From Macrostomum lignano (Eukaryota), in assembly GCA_002269645.1 (NCBI GenBank), contig NIVC01000422.1, forward strand, positions 124,001-188,000: a stretch of DNA of 64,000 nt. Direction: 5' to 3'. Shown in pieces: positions 36,105 to 49,500 of the stretch (its first letter is position 1; each line of letters starts with the position of its first letter). The notes under the pieces are model-generated. The model was not told the DNA's origin. It ran no database searches and saw only the letters and a program-made list of their open reading frames with translations. A program made the translations under genes and the position numbers.

Positions 36105-38329
36105 AAGCAAGTGACCAAATTGTTTTTCGAAGCATTAACTAGTAATGGCTTTAGAATGAAAAAACGCTATATAGAGTACCTTTGATTGCTTTTGATTGCA
36201 GTTTTGTGAAGAAATGAATTAGTGCTACGGGGCTACGATACACGTTTTTCAGTTTCTGCTTATGTTGCCCTAAACTATGGACTAATTTTTATTGAGTAGT
36301 AAGTTCGTTAAAGTTGGTTCAAATATTAATGCGAGTTTCTCTGTGGGTCAAATATTGCTCAAATCAATTTTTAACAGGCCTGGACCAACTGTACACGGAG
36401 TTGAGCAGTATTTTACTTGCAAAGCTGTGAACCGGCCTTTAGAGTAGATTTCAAAAATAACTAGCGAAAGACAACGGAAGTATATCTGTTGCCTACACAT
36501 TTGAGAAATTGACATTTGACATAAATATTAAATAAACTAATACATTATACTAATTTGCGTGTCCTCTTTATAGAAAAAAATTCTTTGATCAATATCTTTA
36601 TAAAATGTATTTTTCGAACTTATTAATCACTTTATACAGCAAAAATGTTATGCATATTACTTTTAAAAAGTACCGCAGTTGTTTTTTTCTTTAATCGTAT
36701 CGTAAGCAAATTATTCTGAAGGATAAAGCTATAGTCAAACTGAAAAATGCAAAGTAGTATCAAGTGTCGCGAGTAGGTTTTTGTTGTATGTATTCTATCA
36801 ATGTAACAATGTCAATCTATTTTAAAGTGTTTGATTGTCTTCTTTTCTTGTACATTGGCATTCATACTCTATGAGCTGATTTTGATTATATTCATTATTT
36901 CTTTGTTATAGCTCGTAATGCGTACGTTCTAAGAAATTGGTATTATTTAAATATTTACACAAATTTCTGTTTTCTCGCTTTTCCTCTGTCGATGTTGGTG
37001 ATGATTTCGTGCTGTAACGATTGGCCTTCAGGCCGTAAGACGGTCGCTGAATCATTACAAACCTAGGAACTAAAATAGTTAAGTTAGTTTAACGAGAGAG
37101 TTTAACTTGAGACTGTTTATGTTTATTTAGTTATACGAGCAATCCTGTCACTGCACTTCAATACCGTACGGTATTGCATTATATGCATTTGAACTATTGA
37201 ATTAGCCTATAAACGAGACCATTAGCCTCTACTTCGAACAATCTATTTCATCATTATCCCACAATTAAGTTCATTCTACGACGTTATACACTGCCGTTCA
37301 TTGAATACCATTTACCTTTCATTCTCGTAATAGCCTTAGAAGTAGGCGTAGCACTCGAACTCGTAAAGAAAAAACTATTTTCGCCACACCAGTAAGTTAA
37401 TATTGGCATGGACATACAGGAACATACTGGCATGGTGAAGATCGTCATGGTAATACGGTCTGTTGCGAGTGCCACCAGCTAGAGGCACATTTACGTGTAA
37501 ATATATATTTGGTTTTATAATTGAAGCTAACAGGGGCTTCAAAGGGCTGTAGCGTTTAGTGTTGCGCTTAGCCCTGTCTTTTGAGCCCACAGTTTGTGCA
37601 ATAGGCCTGCAGAGGCCTGAGTGGTGTAAAGACCGAAAAGGTGGCCGCAACGTAGAGAGCCTTTATTCAAGCGGGCTGGCCTGAGCTGTAGTGCAGCCGC
37701 GGTCGCTTGGCTGGCAGCTCTGTGACGCGGCGCGCACTCCCTGACTCATTTGACGGCACTCGAGTGAGCCTCATACAGTCACTCTTTGCTGTTCTAGGAG
37801 GATGATCCTTTTCGACGCTCCCACAACTACCAAGTCAGGCTGGGTCCTTACTCACAACGGTGACTCAAACTCCTTCCTTGACCCAATACAATATAAAAAT
37901 TGCGTTGACCCTTTTTACAAGAAAGATATTGAGATTTAAAACCAGGTGATTACGATTTACGTATGTTTTGCCCTTAGATTTGAGTACCTATCCCTATCCG
38001 GGTGACACCTATCTCTGCCAGCTCTGATAAGATAAACGAATGGGCGCGAGGAGCGCCTGTCAGTAGCAAGTTCCATCGAACCAACCTTGAATTTGGGCCA
38101 ACCGCCTTATTCTCGTCGTCGTCTTCCTCCAGCCTCAAGACCTCAAGGACACCAAGAGGCAACCATCCAGTACAACGCTCTACGAAGTCCTGATGGCTCT
38201 TCCGGATGTACCGTACTCTCCTTGAAACACGTTCAGATGATTCCACCAATGCACTAGTAGAATAAAATCCTTTCGAGTTCGTGAAATCCCAAAACAGGAA
38301 CAAATCTTGCATTAAATCTCACCAATCTT

Positions 38330-38810
38330 CTGAAGAAACTTCATAAACTGCTTTGAGCGATCTGTTAAACTTTGGAGCTTCCCAGCTTGGATATATTGCA
38401 GGATTGTTGAGGGAGACGAGGTCGCCAGGTGAGAGCTTCTTTGATTAAATTTTAGTTCGGCGGATTCAGTATTGTCTATTGGCATCTAGTATTTTCTCGT
38501 GAACTAGGTAATACGGTGTAAATACCCGGTCATTTGAATAAACGGTTAAAACGTTATTTAACTGTTTTTTTAAGTTATCCACATGGCCGTTTTAGCTATA
38601 ATTTTACGGTGTTTTTGTGGTGAAGCTGTCGCGTCACAATTTGTTGAAAAATTTGCCAGAGAAGTTCATGCTTTCCTTGGTCCGGATGAATCTGGCTGGG
38701 AAATCCATACTCAGGTAAGAACTTTTCGCCCAGGATCATGATGACAGTATTGGCCTTCTGATTGCGCAGAACGTATGCAAACGGAAACTCAAATGTCGCT
38801 TCAACTGAAG
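38330..38810 (-). mobile_element. Decayed Gypsy integrase remnant
   Basis: Minus frame FPFAYVLRNQKANTVIMILGEKFLPEYGFPSQIHPDQGK resembles the Gypsy integrase core (G.P..IHSDQG); downstream LSPGDLVSL..PSWEAP resembles the post-integrase GD.V segment. Confidence 0.5.
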
Positions 38811-40669
38811 TGTTGCCAGCTATGTTTTTCTATGCGATCAGCCCAAGAACATCGCAGTGGATTCGTCCACAGACTTTGCAGACAAGTAAACCCAGCACAG
38901 GCGCGTGTTCTCTACGCCTAGTTTTTTTCCAAGACACCCTTTTCAGCGTGAAATAAGTCTTGATGACTCTTTTCAAACCTGGCCTCCAAAACCTCTCAAA
39001 AACTCTTTAGTATATCTTAGAGTCTTCTAATAGACAACATTACGGTGAATGATAGAGCTCTAAAAACACCTAGTTGACAACACTCGTTCCAGCTAACGAG
39101 AATCATCTTTATCAAAGGCTAGTAGATCATCGGGAGGTCGCAGCATCTCCCAATAAGCTAGCATTTATTCGGTTGTCGAATAAATGCTTAGGCATGCCAG
39201 TCACCACAGCCACGCCACTCAATTGCACTTTGTCTCTTGTAGAAATTCAGACAGGTTTATTGCGTGAGTGCGAATCTACACTAAATAATCTTATACCAAT
39301 TTATTCTTTCGCTACTATGGTAAGCATGGAATTGAGCCGTGAGAATGTATCTGAAAGCAGAGAGTACAGAACTGCTGTACTGCTGCGCGTACGGCGTAGT
39401 GCGTTTCTGAAGCAAGTTTTTTTCGAAGCTAGAAGTGTACAATACAATGCAAAAAGGACTCATTAATGTAATTGAGCATAATAAGATGAACAAGTTGACG
39501 CACTACTGATGAAGGGCTGCACTATGCAACTAAAAAATCTCTCTCCATCAGCACTGCAACCCCAAAACACTGCAGCGCTGCAGTTTAAGTTTGGCAGTAA
39601 AAATAGAAGCTGTTTTACATTTACTGCATCTGCATAAAATAAGCACTGCATATCACACTTGTCCTTAGCTTAGCTGTTGGAGCAAAAACAAGAGCACAAC
39701 AGTCGGTGCGCAAGCTTTCTCTTTCAATCACTCTTTTTAGGGGGCATTTAACTCACTTTACGAGTACAAGAACTACGATAAAACTTCGGGTAAGATTACG
39801 TATAATGGTTTTGAAATAAACTACCGTTTTATACGTGCTTACGGTTCTGGTTGCTAGCGTGTGTCTTTGTGCACGGTGATTAGTTTGGTCGCAAGCTTTG
39901 TAGCCCAGGGTGCTTATTACGAGCTAATTTGACTCGGTTCGCAACAGGTATAGTTCTGTGACATAAAAAGTTTATGAGAAGTTACTGTATGTACCTTCTA
40001 AAATAATGCATGCTGAAGAACATGTGTGACTGCAAATGATGCCAAATAGCTTTCAGGCACAGATGTACAACACAAGGACCACTGCCCTTCTACTACAGTG
40101 GTCCTTGTTACAACATCTGCATTAGGCATGCCGTACACAAATATACAACTGTGTAAAATGCTAGTATTCTGTTCTTTCTGCTCAAAACAGCTTTTTGGTG
40201 CCACATTTAACTTCAAAAAGGTGGTTTGAACTCATGTGACAGCCACGTTTTCTTTTTGGGGGGCAGACACACTATTCTACGGATTTAATAGTCATTGAAG
40301 GGTAGTACTTCTGGCAGAAATAGAAGCAGTAAAGTAAAAAAGCATTCCGTTCAGCAATCTGACGTCTGTCGACATCGCTGGAAAAGGAAAAATTTACCGA
40401 CGTACAACGTCGTCATCCAATACGTCAACCATCGGCATAAGTTACGTTGGTACGTTAGCGGACGTCAGAATGCTGCACGGGATTACTATGAACTATTTGT
40501 GGACTTCACTTAAGTTTTCTCGAATATTTTTATAATCTTGTCTGTGTAAACTTCCCTTATAGCATGACATGGTAGGCAAGATAATTTATGTCAATGCCAA
40601 TGAAAAATTTTATAAAAACCATAAATTGACAGATTCTCACAGAGAGCGCCGTCTCATTATCAGCAGAGG

Positions 40670-43600
40670 ATGGCGGATGAGATACCAAGAGAAAGCAGTG
40701 ACGGCAGCCGCAACGGCAATGAGTTGACAATTATAGACGTCGATGCGAACTTCGTTGGCGGCAGCTCTACCGAGCAAAGCCTCGCTGAGAAAAATTCGTC
40801 AGCCCAGTTTCATCAGCGAGACGGTGAAGATTATGAAGCACAGCTGCCGAAACCCACTGAACTTCATCAATCTGGTCTGCATGTAAAATCCAATGCCGTC
40901 CTTCAACTGGACTGCGACAGTAGCGACTCAGAAGCCGAGTTGGACCAAGATGACGGCACTACTATGAATGCTCGTGAGGATTCTTCAAGCAACCATCGAG
41001 ATTCAACAGACGCTTCTCAGAAAGCCACAGAGCTGCTCAAAGAGTGTGCAGAGAAGGACTTTATGAGAAGAATTATTCGTTTGACAAAAGTTGGTAGATT
41101 CTCAGAAGCCAATGAACTGCTCATGCAAATACCCAATGACTTTTCGGGTCAGCATGTTCACGATAAAAGCAGACGAACTGCCGCTCACTATGCAGCGATG
41201 AGCACCGATGGAGAGTCCACATTGCTGCACATTCTGCGACTGTTCGGCTCTCGAGCTCTGCTCAAAGAAGACTACAAGTCGGTCACGCCGCTCCACCTCT
41301 CGCTTGGTTGCCATTCTACTGGCACTGTGAGAAAAATCCTCTCTGACATCATAGATAGCGGTGAAATGGTTTCCAAACTGCTCAAGACGCTGAAGACGTC
41401 ACGCAGAAACACCATAGCGCACTATGCCGCCTCAAACACAGAGCACCAGGACGTGCTGAGTCTGCTGATTGACTCAACACCCACCAGTTGCAGTGATCTG
41501 TTTGCTCCGAACTCCGCTGGACAAACAATGCTGCACATGTCGATTGAGAAGTTCAGTCCAGAGAGAATACCGGCTTTATTAGAGATTGGTCACACACGCA
41601 GTGGCTGTCTCAAAAAGCATCTTAAAACGAAAAACCAACAGGGAAACTCCAGCATTCACTATGCTGCCATGCGAGGTGCAGACGAGGCTGTACTTCGGGC
41701 TGTTGAGTTTTTTCCAAAGAGTTTTCGGTGGAAAAATAATAAAAAGCAATCGGTGTTGCAGCTGGTGCTTCAAAACTGCAGAGTAGATACCATAAAACAA
41801 ATGCTCAGGTTGTCTTCAGAGTTGCCTTTGAACCCGGAAGATGCCCAAAAGTTTGGCCTGGTTGATTGGGATGGAAACACATGGATGCAATATGCCGCTA
41901 TGAACGAAAATAATGATAACGCAATGTTAGCTGTCCTTGAGGATGCTGAGAGGCAGGCTATGAACAACGCCATGTTAGATAAGCAGAAAGTAGCACTGCT
42001 GAGAAATCTCAGATGCCCCTGCTGGTTAAACAACAAGTCAGAGACGGCATTACATCTGGCGTCGGTGCACTGCCAGTCAAGCGTGCTGTTGCAACTGCTG
42101 AATGCAATGAATACCGCATGCGTCAGCTTGCAGGACACTTCTGGAAACACGTGCATGCACTACATGGCCCATAGGACAGACTGTTCAGAAGCACTTCTCA
42201 CTGCACTCAGGATTTCTGGCTCAGAAGGCCTGTTGAAGCAGAACAAACTGGGTCAGACAGTGCTGCATTGCTTGGCACACCGTGAAGATGAGGCCACTCT
42301 ATTGGAGCTGCTACCAGCTGCCAGGGTTGCTGTTCTCAATGCCGCAGATGACGCAGGCAACACAGTATTGCATCTCGCTATCTCACGCGGCATGCTCACT
42401 TTCACTGATGCCGCTGTGAAGAAGCTCGCGAGTGACTGCATCTTCTGGCGGAATAGCAAGCAGCAAACCGTGGCGCATCTTGCTTTCGCGAACGTCAAGT
42501 CTTACAATTTCTTGAAGGAAAATTTCCCTGGCGAACTCGATAAGTCCTTGAAGTCCTTGGACGCATCAGGGAGAAACCCGCTTTTCTATGCGAGCTTCAA
42601 CTGGAACGTGGCTGCACTCGAGGCTTTCAAATCAAGCGACGAAATGACTCGCGTTGACGCTGACGGCAACAGCCTGATGCACGCACTCTTCATGAACACT
42701 GCTGCAACCAGCGGCATAGAAGCCTTTATCAAATCGTTGAAGCTCATTGCCAAAGCCGGAGTAAATCCGGGAACTGAGAACTGCATTGGTAAGACTTGTC
42801 TCCAAGTGTGCGAAATTCGAGAGAACTTGTTGAAGCAAATTTTAGAAGCGGCTGCGGACACCAACAATGTTGGAAAGCTGATCAAGGCGATGCTTCACAG
42901 CTCAACCGGGACGCATGCGGTTCATCTCGCTGCCACCAGGTACCGCTTGAAAGACTTTGTTGAGCCACTTGCCTGCTTATCTGGCATCGAAGCATCCGAA
43001 CTGCTGTCACTGACAGTCTCGTCAGGAACTCACAGAGGAGCGACTTGTCTTCACTTTGCGTGTCAAGCAGGTCACGAGGACAACATCAAGTTTCTCATTG
43101 AAAAGGGCTTGTCGCTGTCCTCACCGACCAATGACGGACTCACACCAATCGACTTTGCCTGCAACAGTGGAAAGGATGGCGCAGTTGAGAAAGCATTTCT
43201 GAGCAGTGGCGGGAGAAAGACAAACCTGCTGAGACTTCTGGACTTGCCGAAGCGAGCATTGGATCTGCCTGATAGGGAGACGGCCAACAGAGTTCTGAGC
43301 TCCGTCAGTGTATCAGCGAGTGTCCCTAAGCAACATCAGAGAGCACTCTCAGGTGTAAACCTTCTTGTCACTTCCATTGAACTTGACGCACCTGAGATTC
43401 TGCGTAGTGCAATAAGCATGGGCTTCATCAGCCTGGAAACTGAGTACTTGGCTGCATCGATTTTACATCCTGAAAATCTTACTCAGGCAACAGAGATGTC
43501 CATCGTTGAGACAGCGTTGTTTCTCAATAAATTCAAGATCATACCGGACCTAGTGCTCACAAGACAGTTCGAGCTAATTCCTACATGCCTGAAAGTGCTA

Positions 43601-45873
43601 GTTGAGCTCAAGCGAAAGTTGAAGGAGATTCCTGAGCAGCGCGACGAGATTAAGGAACTGAGACAGAAGCTCAAATGCATCGCATTCAACGCTATTGATG
43701 AAATGTTTCGCAATGCCAGCGCCTATGAGCAGCAACTGCTCTTCGACTATATTTGTGGCCGGATGGAGCCAGAAAACAGCGGCCCACTTTTTACCTGTGC
43801 GCACACGCTTTGGGGCATGTTTGGCGAGACTAAGAAGGATGCTATCGAGCCATGCACAGTGCTGCGACTGCTGCTGGAAGCTGGCTGTGACGAGCTGTTT
43901 GTCAGTGAGTGCATGACCAAGCTGGCCGACACGGAGTGGAAGAACTGGCACAGCAGCCTGACTAGGGATCTGCTGCCTAACGATGAAAATGTTAAGAAAG
44001 ACATCGGTATTGTTAGGCTAGAGAGATATCCAGCTGCTTCACCACGTGCAAAGTTTTATTCGTACTGCGCGTCCGACTTAATTGCGTTAATCTTACTGTC
44101 TGTATTAAGTATTGGAATTCCGATGACATATGAGACTTCTTCATTGGATGGTAATGCAAATACTGACTATCGAATTTGGATTTCGGCCTTCATTGTGTAT
44201 GGATCTTCATATTATTTTGTGTTATTTTCTCGTGTGCTATCCAGGTCTTCTCTGCCTCTCTTGAGCACCAACAGAGCCCTCTCCTGGCTAGAATTGGCTA
44301 ATGCTGTTGCTTTTTTTGCTAGTGTTCAAGGGGTTCTACTTTATGGATATTACTCCGGTAGAATGATCACAGCTGCCAGCTTCCTAATTTGGGGATTTCG
44401 TCTGATTTCACTTTTGGTGTTCTTCGAGAAGACGGGGCCTATGGTTATGATGCTGGTTCAATTGTTATATCTGGATCTGCTACCGTTTCTGTCAATAATC
44501 CTGATTGTGATATATTCCTTCGGGATTTTCTTCTTTCACTTGCTGTTCCCTGTTCCAGCGGGAGCGAACTACTGGCTGTCGCTTGTCCAGGTGTTTACGC
44601 TTCCCCTGAAGCTAATGTTCACTAATTTCGACGAGATTAAATTCAATAGCGTGAACAGTACCAACCTTACTGGGTATGAAATCGGCTCCATGGCCTATGA
44701 CAAAGGCAGTGATGCGTTCTACAACTGCTTCATGTTTGTGTTCCTTCTGCTGGTCAATATCGTCATGGTTAATCTGCTGATTGCACTGTTTAGCCTGAGA
44801 GTGAGCAAAATTGCCAGCAAGTCCAAGATAGTTTGGAGAAGAATGTACTTCGACATGCTGATTGAGTGCAACCGGATGTGCGTCGTTCCGTCACCAATCT
44901 ATGTAATTTATGCGATTTTTACCTATCTTTTCTCCACGTACTTGTTATTTCGCGACGCATTAAAAAATTTCGGGCACTGCAGTAAGAGCACGGTAAGTGA
45001 CAGTCGTTTTTAAAGCATTTATAAAATTATATTCATCCTTCAACACTTTCTACGAGCTAACACTTCTAAACTCAACTTTGTTGTCCTCTGACAAAATTGG
45101 AATCGAACCCAGCTTCTATATAATGTTGCCATTGTATGGGTTTTGTACCCTTTCACAGATACTAAATACCCTGGATTTAATCAACAAACGTTTAGCAGAA
45201 ATTCTTTCTGCTCATTAGTATGAGCGTAAAAAGCAACATTCCTTTTTTCAACTAGTAGATTCATTCCAGATTGCTCCTGCTCGTAAAACGGATCCCTTAT
45301 AGCAGCCCCAGATTCTGGCTGATATACAAACTATAGATTTCTTTTATAAACAGATATGGATAAAGTTAAAACGTGGTTGCTATTGGTTGCAAGCTCTCTC
45401 ATTCATACTAAGTGCATGCATGTAATAAGATGGCTTTATCCAACCAAATAGCCTCTTTGGAGTGACTAGACGATCTAAAACTCAAATGCTGGCCCTAAAA
45501 TCGTATCGCCCTAACCTTGCAGAACTGGTGGTACAGTCAGACTGACTATCCGAAGGTGTACATTCAGTTCCTGAAATTTCAAGCCAAGCAGTTCCGACGA
45601 TTCGGCCGAAGAAATCTGACTCGTCGAATTGTAGATGCCAATAGCGACCCAGACGGAGTGCAGGCTCGCGCCGACAACAACTTTGCGGCTGTAAAGCGAG
45701 GCATCGATTCGCTGGGCCGGACTCGATCGGCGGCAACTTCAAAGCGGTCGGACTCGACCGGCATCGAAGCAAAGCTCGTCAACCTGAAGCTGCAGTCAAA
45801 ACGTCGACGCAAGCAGATCAACGACGTTGAAGCAAAGTTGGATCGGTTGATTCAACTTGTTGAGAGGCGTTGA
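40670..45873 (+). CDS. Ankyrin-repeat TRP-channel-like protein, paralogue 1 (~1557 aa); exons 40670-44992 and 45523-45873; possible ATG micro-exon 40569-40571 spliced to 40643
   Basis: Roughly 15 ankyrin repeats (RRTAAHYAA, GNTVLHLAI, GATCLHFAC, GLTPIDFAC). Six-TM region with S4-S5 RLISLLVFFEKTGPMVMMLVQLLYLDLLPFL and S6 LLLVNIVMVNLLIALFS, TRP-box-like IVWRRMY, VPSP and a C-terminal coiled coil. Intron acg|gtaagt..ttgcag|aac is phase 0 and restores alignment to paralogue 2. Confidence 0.85.
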
Positions 45874-46553
45874 TATCACGTGTAGATCGATTACTTATTT
45901 ATAATCACATAAAAAAATTTAATCAGGTAAACTTCGCAAAACCCTTTTTTAAAAAACATGTACTTTTATTTTATGCGTCCTAAAAAACTTTATTAACTTA
46001 AGCTTTGGTTGAGAGGTCAGTTCTCTGTAACTTGATTGTTTTTACGTACCTATATTGCTAAAAGATTTTACTATAGGTTGTAATTATCCAGTGTTAAACA
46101 AGTTTGTTTAAACTATTTTTTATTATCAGTACCTACTATATGTACACTTTTTAATGAATTGTTCTAATTAATATTGTATGTTGGTACGTTTATCCAGTTC
46201 TATTTACAGCTATGGCTACTATCTGATAATTGCATATAAGAAGAGACAATGAATTAACAGGTATTTTTTAGTATAGTATAGCTATATTTTGCTAACAAGA
46301 AAGTTTGACACAACACTGTGAATCCCTTAATATTGCTTAAAATATTCGTTATTCAGCTTAAAGTTCACATGAAATAAACTTACGCTTTCCAAATCGAAAA
46401 GTTTGCGAATTTACTTTGAAGATAAAAACAAATAATTAACGCTTTTCAATGAATCACTGAGTGCGATTATCTGAAGAATAGCCAGAAGAGTAATCTTCTG
46501 TATCTTTGCGTGCAACTATTATAAGCAGTTAATTTGGTTCTGTAAGGAATGTA

Positions 46554-49500
46554 AAAGAGGATGTGAACTTAAGCGCGATTTGGAAGCCGTGAGTCAGGCA
46601 ACCAAACCGCTGCGAAATTCTCACTATTCAGACCCAAAATAGACAAGAAAAGCGTAATTGATCTTTCTTCCACTTCGGCCGCTTCCGCATGGGATAAATG
46701 GGGAAAAATGGGGATTTCATGTGAACTTAAGGCTCTGAAATGGAAGCGGTGGCCGATTGAGCCGGTTTCTCTATCGGATCTCTCTACTGGACCGACAATG
46801 AGACAAGAATCGTTGAAAACCGCATCTCTCTATCATTTGGTCTCCCTGAATGGGATAAATGGGGAAAAATGGGGATTTCATGTGAACTTAAGGCTCTGAA
46901 ATGGAAGCGGTGGCCGATTGAGCCGGTTTCTCTATCGGATCTCTCTACTGGACCGACAATGAGACAAGAATCGTTGAAAACCGCATCTCTCTATCATTTG
47001 GTCTCCCTGAATGGGATAAATGGGGAAAAATGGGGATTTCATGTGAACTTAAGGCTCTGAAATGGAAGCGGTGGCCGATTGAGCCGGTTTCTCTATCGGA
47101 TCTCTCTACTGGACCGACAATGAGAGTAGAATCGTTAAAACCGCATCCCTTTTGTGTTGATGATTTTTACGGGCCATACTTCGAGTACTGATGGGATGCA
47201 GCTGCGATGCAAGGTCTTCAAGCTTTAACCACGTATCACCGTCGAAATTCTCAAGCGTGTGTTGCACCTGGATGTTTTGGATATAGCTTTCAGACTGCTG
47301 TACATGAAATGGTCCCACACTTACTTCATGAAGGTTGTCTATCTCAATTCGAGGAAAGCCTGTGGACTCAGGATCTAGCACATTGACTGGTGACCAGCGC
47401 CTCGACCCTTCGATAGGAGTTCGGGTCACGTCACACAGGTAGTTCACACCTTCAATCGGATCGAATTCGTTGCTGAGAAACATGCGTCTGGTAAAATTCT
47501 GACCAAACTCAAAAAGTGAGCTGTCATTCCATGACTTTGGCAGCGTTTTATTCAGTGGGAATCCAATGTGCGAGCGGTCGTATTTGGCAATACAGTTGTC
47601 GATAATGACATCTAGCCGACTAGATGTACTGAATTGAGCTGGCTGCTGCCACTGTTATGGCTCATGCCGCTCATTATTACACCTGTTCTGCTTGATTGCA
47701 GCGAACGCGCACTCAACAGAAAAGCGGAAAAGCGTAGCCAGCCTACTGGTATTTGACTCAATAGCAGTCAGTTTTCCGTGAACGGGGCGATCCTCAGCCG
47801 AGACTGGATTCTTTACGTAGCAAAATCGATCATTAAGTATTGGATCGCCGGGTCCGAGAGGAAACAATAGGAGCGTGTTTCCTCGACTATTTGATTCAAT
47901 CAGATCGCGGAAACTCTTGCCCGATGAATCAGTGCAGCGTGGTGAACTGTAACCGCGGTCAAATATCGCCACGACTCGATACCCTGGCACATTGGCACAG
48001 AGTAGTTTTGTTAGTGCAGCTGGAATGAGATGCTCTCGCTCCATCTCTATCTGGTAGGCCGCCAGAGAGTCCAGTATGCTGTCTTGAAGGCTACTGACAA
48101 GCTTTTTTGACATATAAAATACCTTTCTGCCCAAATACTCGTACTTCAACACTTATAATGATAACCGCAGCATTATTAACACACTCAGCGTCGGCCATGT
48201 AAATGTACATGCAGTGCACATATGGGTGCGGGATTCAGATTGCGTAATCGATACTTAAATGCTCGCTGCCCAGCAAAAAGAAAGTTCAAGGTGTCAGGCC
48301 AATAAAAAGTGAAGAACACTCATTATAAAATGATATTGGCTAGCCAAGAATTACGTGCACATATGGGTGCGGGATATAATGAGGCTGCCTCGATATAATG
48401 AGGATGTTAATATTAGGTCCATAAGATTTAGGCATATGATTACAAAGGCACAGCACCCTCGGCATCTCTGTCAGCCTACTTCAGCATCTTGCCTACTAAT
48501 GTAGAATCCCATCAGTACTCGAAGTATGGCCCGTAAAAATCATCAACACAAAAGGGATGCGGTTTTTAACGATTCTTGTCTCATTGTCGGTCCAGTAGAG
48601 AGATCCGATAGAGAAACCGGCTCAATCGGCCACCGCTTCCATTTCAGAGCCTTAAGTTCACATGAAATCCCCATTTTTCCCCATTTATCCCATTCAGGGA
48701 GACCAAATGATAGAGAGATGCGGTTTTCAACGATTCTTGTCTCATTGTCGGTCCAGTAGAGAGATCCGATAGAGAAACCGGCTCAATCGGCCACCGCTTC
48801 CATTTCAGAGCCTTAAGTTCACATGAAATCCCCATTTTTCCCCATTTATCCCATTCAGGGAGACCAAATGATAGAGAGATGCGGTTTTCAACGATTCTTG
48901 TCTCATTGTCGGTCCAGTAGAGAGATCCGATAGAGAAACCGGCTCAATCGGCCACCGCTTCCATTTCAGAGCCTTAAGTTCACATGAAATCCCCATTTTT
49001 CCCCATTTATCCCATTCAGGGAGACCAAATGATAGAGAGATGCGGTTTTCAACGATTCTTGTCTCATTGTCGGTCCAGTAGAGAGATCCGATAGAGAAAC
49101 CGGCTCAATCGGCCACCGCTTCCATTTCAGAGCCTTAAGTTCACATGAAATCCCCATTTTTCCCCATTTATCCCATTCAGGGAGACCAAATGATAGAGAG
49201 ATGCGGTTTTCAACGATTCTTGTCTCATTGTCGGTCCAGTAGAGAGATCCGATAGAGAAACCGGCTCAATCGGCCACCGCTTCCATTTCAGAGCCTTAAG
49301 TTCACATGAAATCCCCATTTTTCCCCATTTATCCCATTCAGGGAGACCAAATGATAGAGAGATGCGGTTTTCAACGATTCTTGTCTCATTGTCGGTCCAG
49401 TAGAGAGATCCGATAGAGAAACCGGCTCAATCGGCCACCGCTTCCATTTCAGAGCCTTAAGTTCACATGAAATCCCCATTTTTCCCCATTTATCCCATTC

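Noticed and set aside
39281-39493. KRTTPYAQQ resembling the integrase RTTPYHPQ motif
   Set aside because: It lies upstream of the IHPDQG motif on the same strand (wrong order) and lacks the NG..E continuation.
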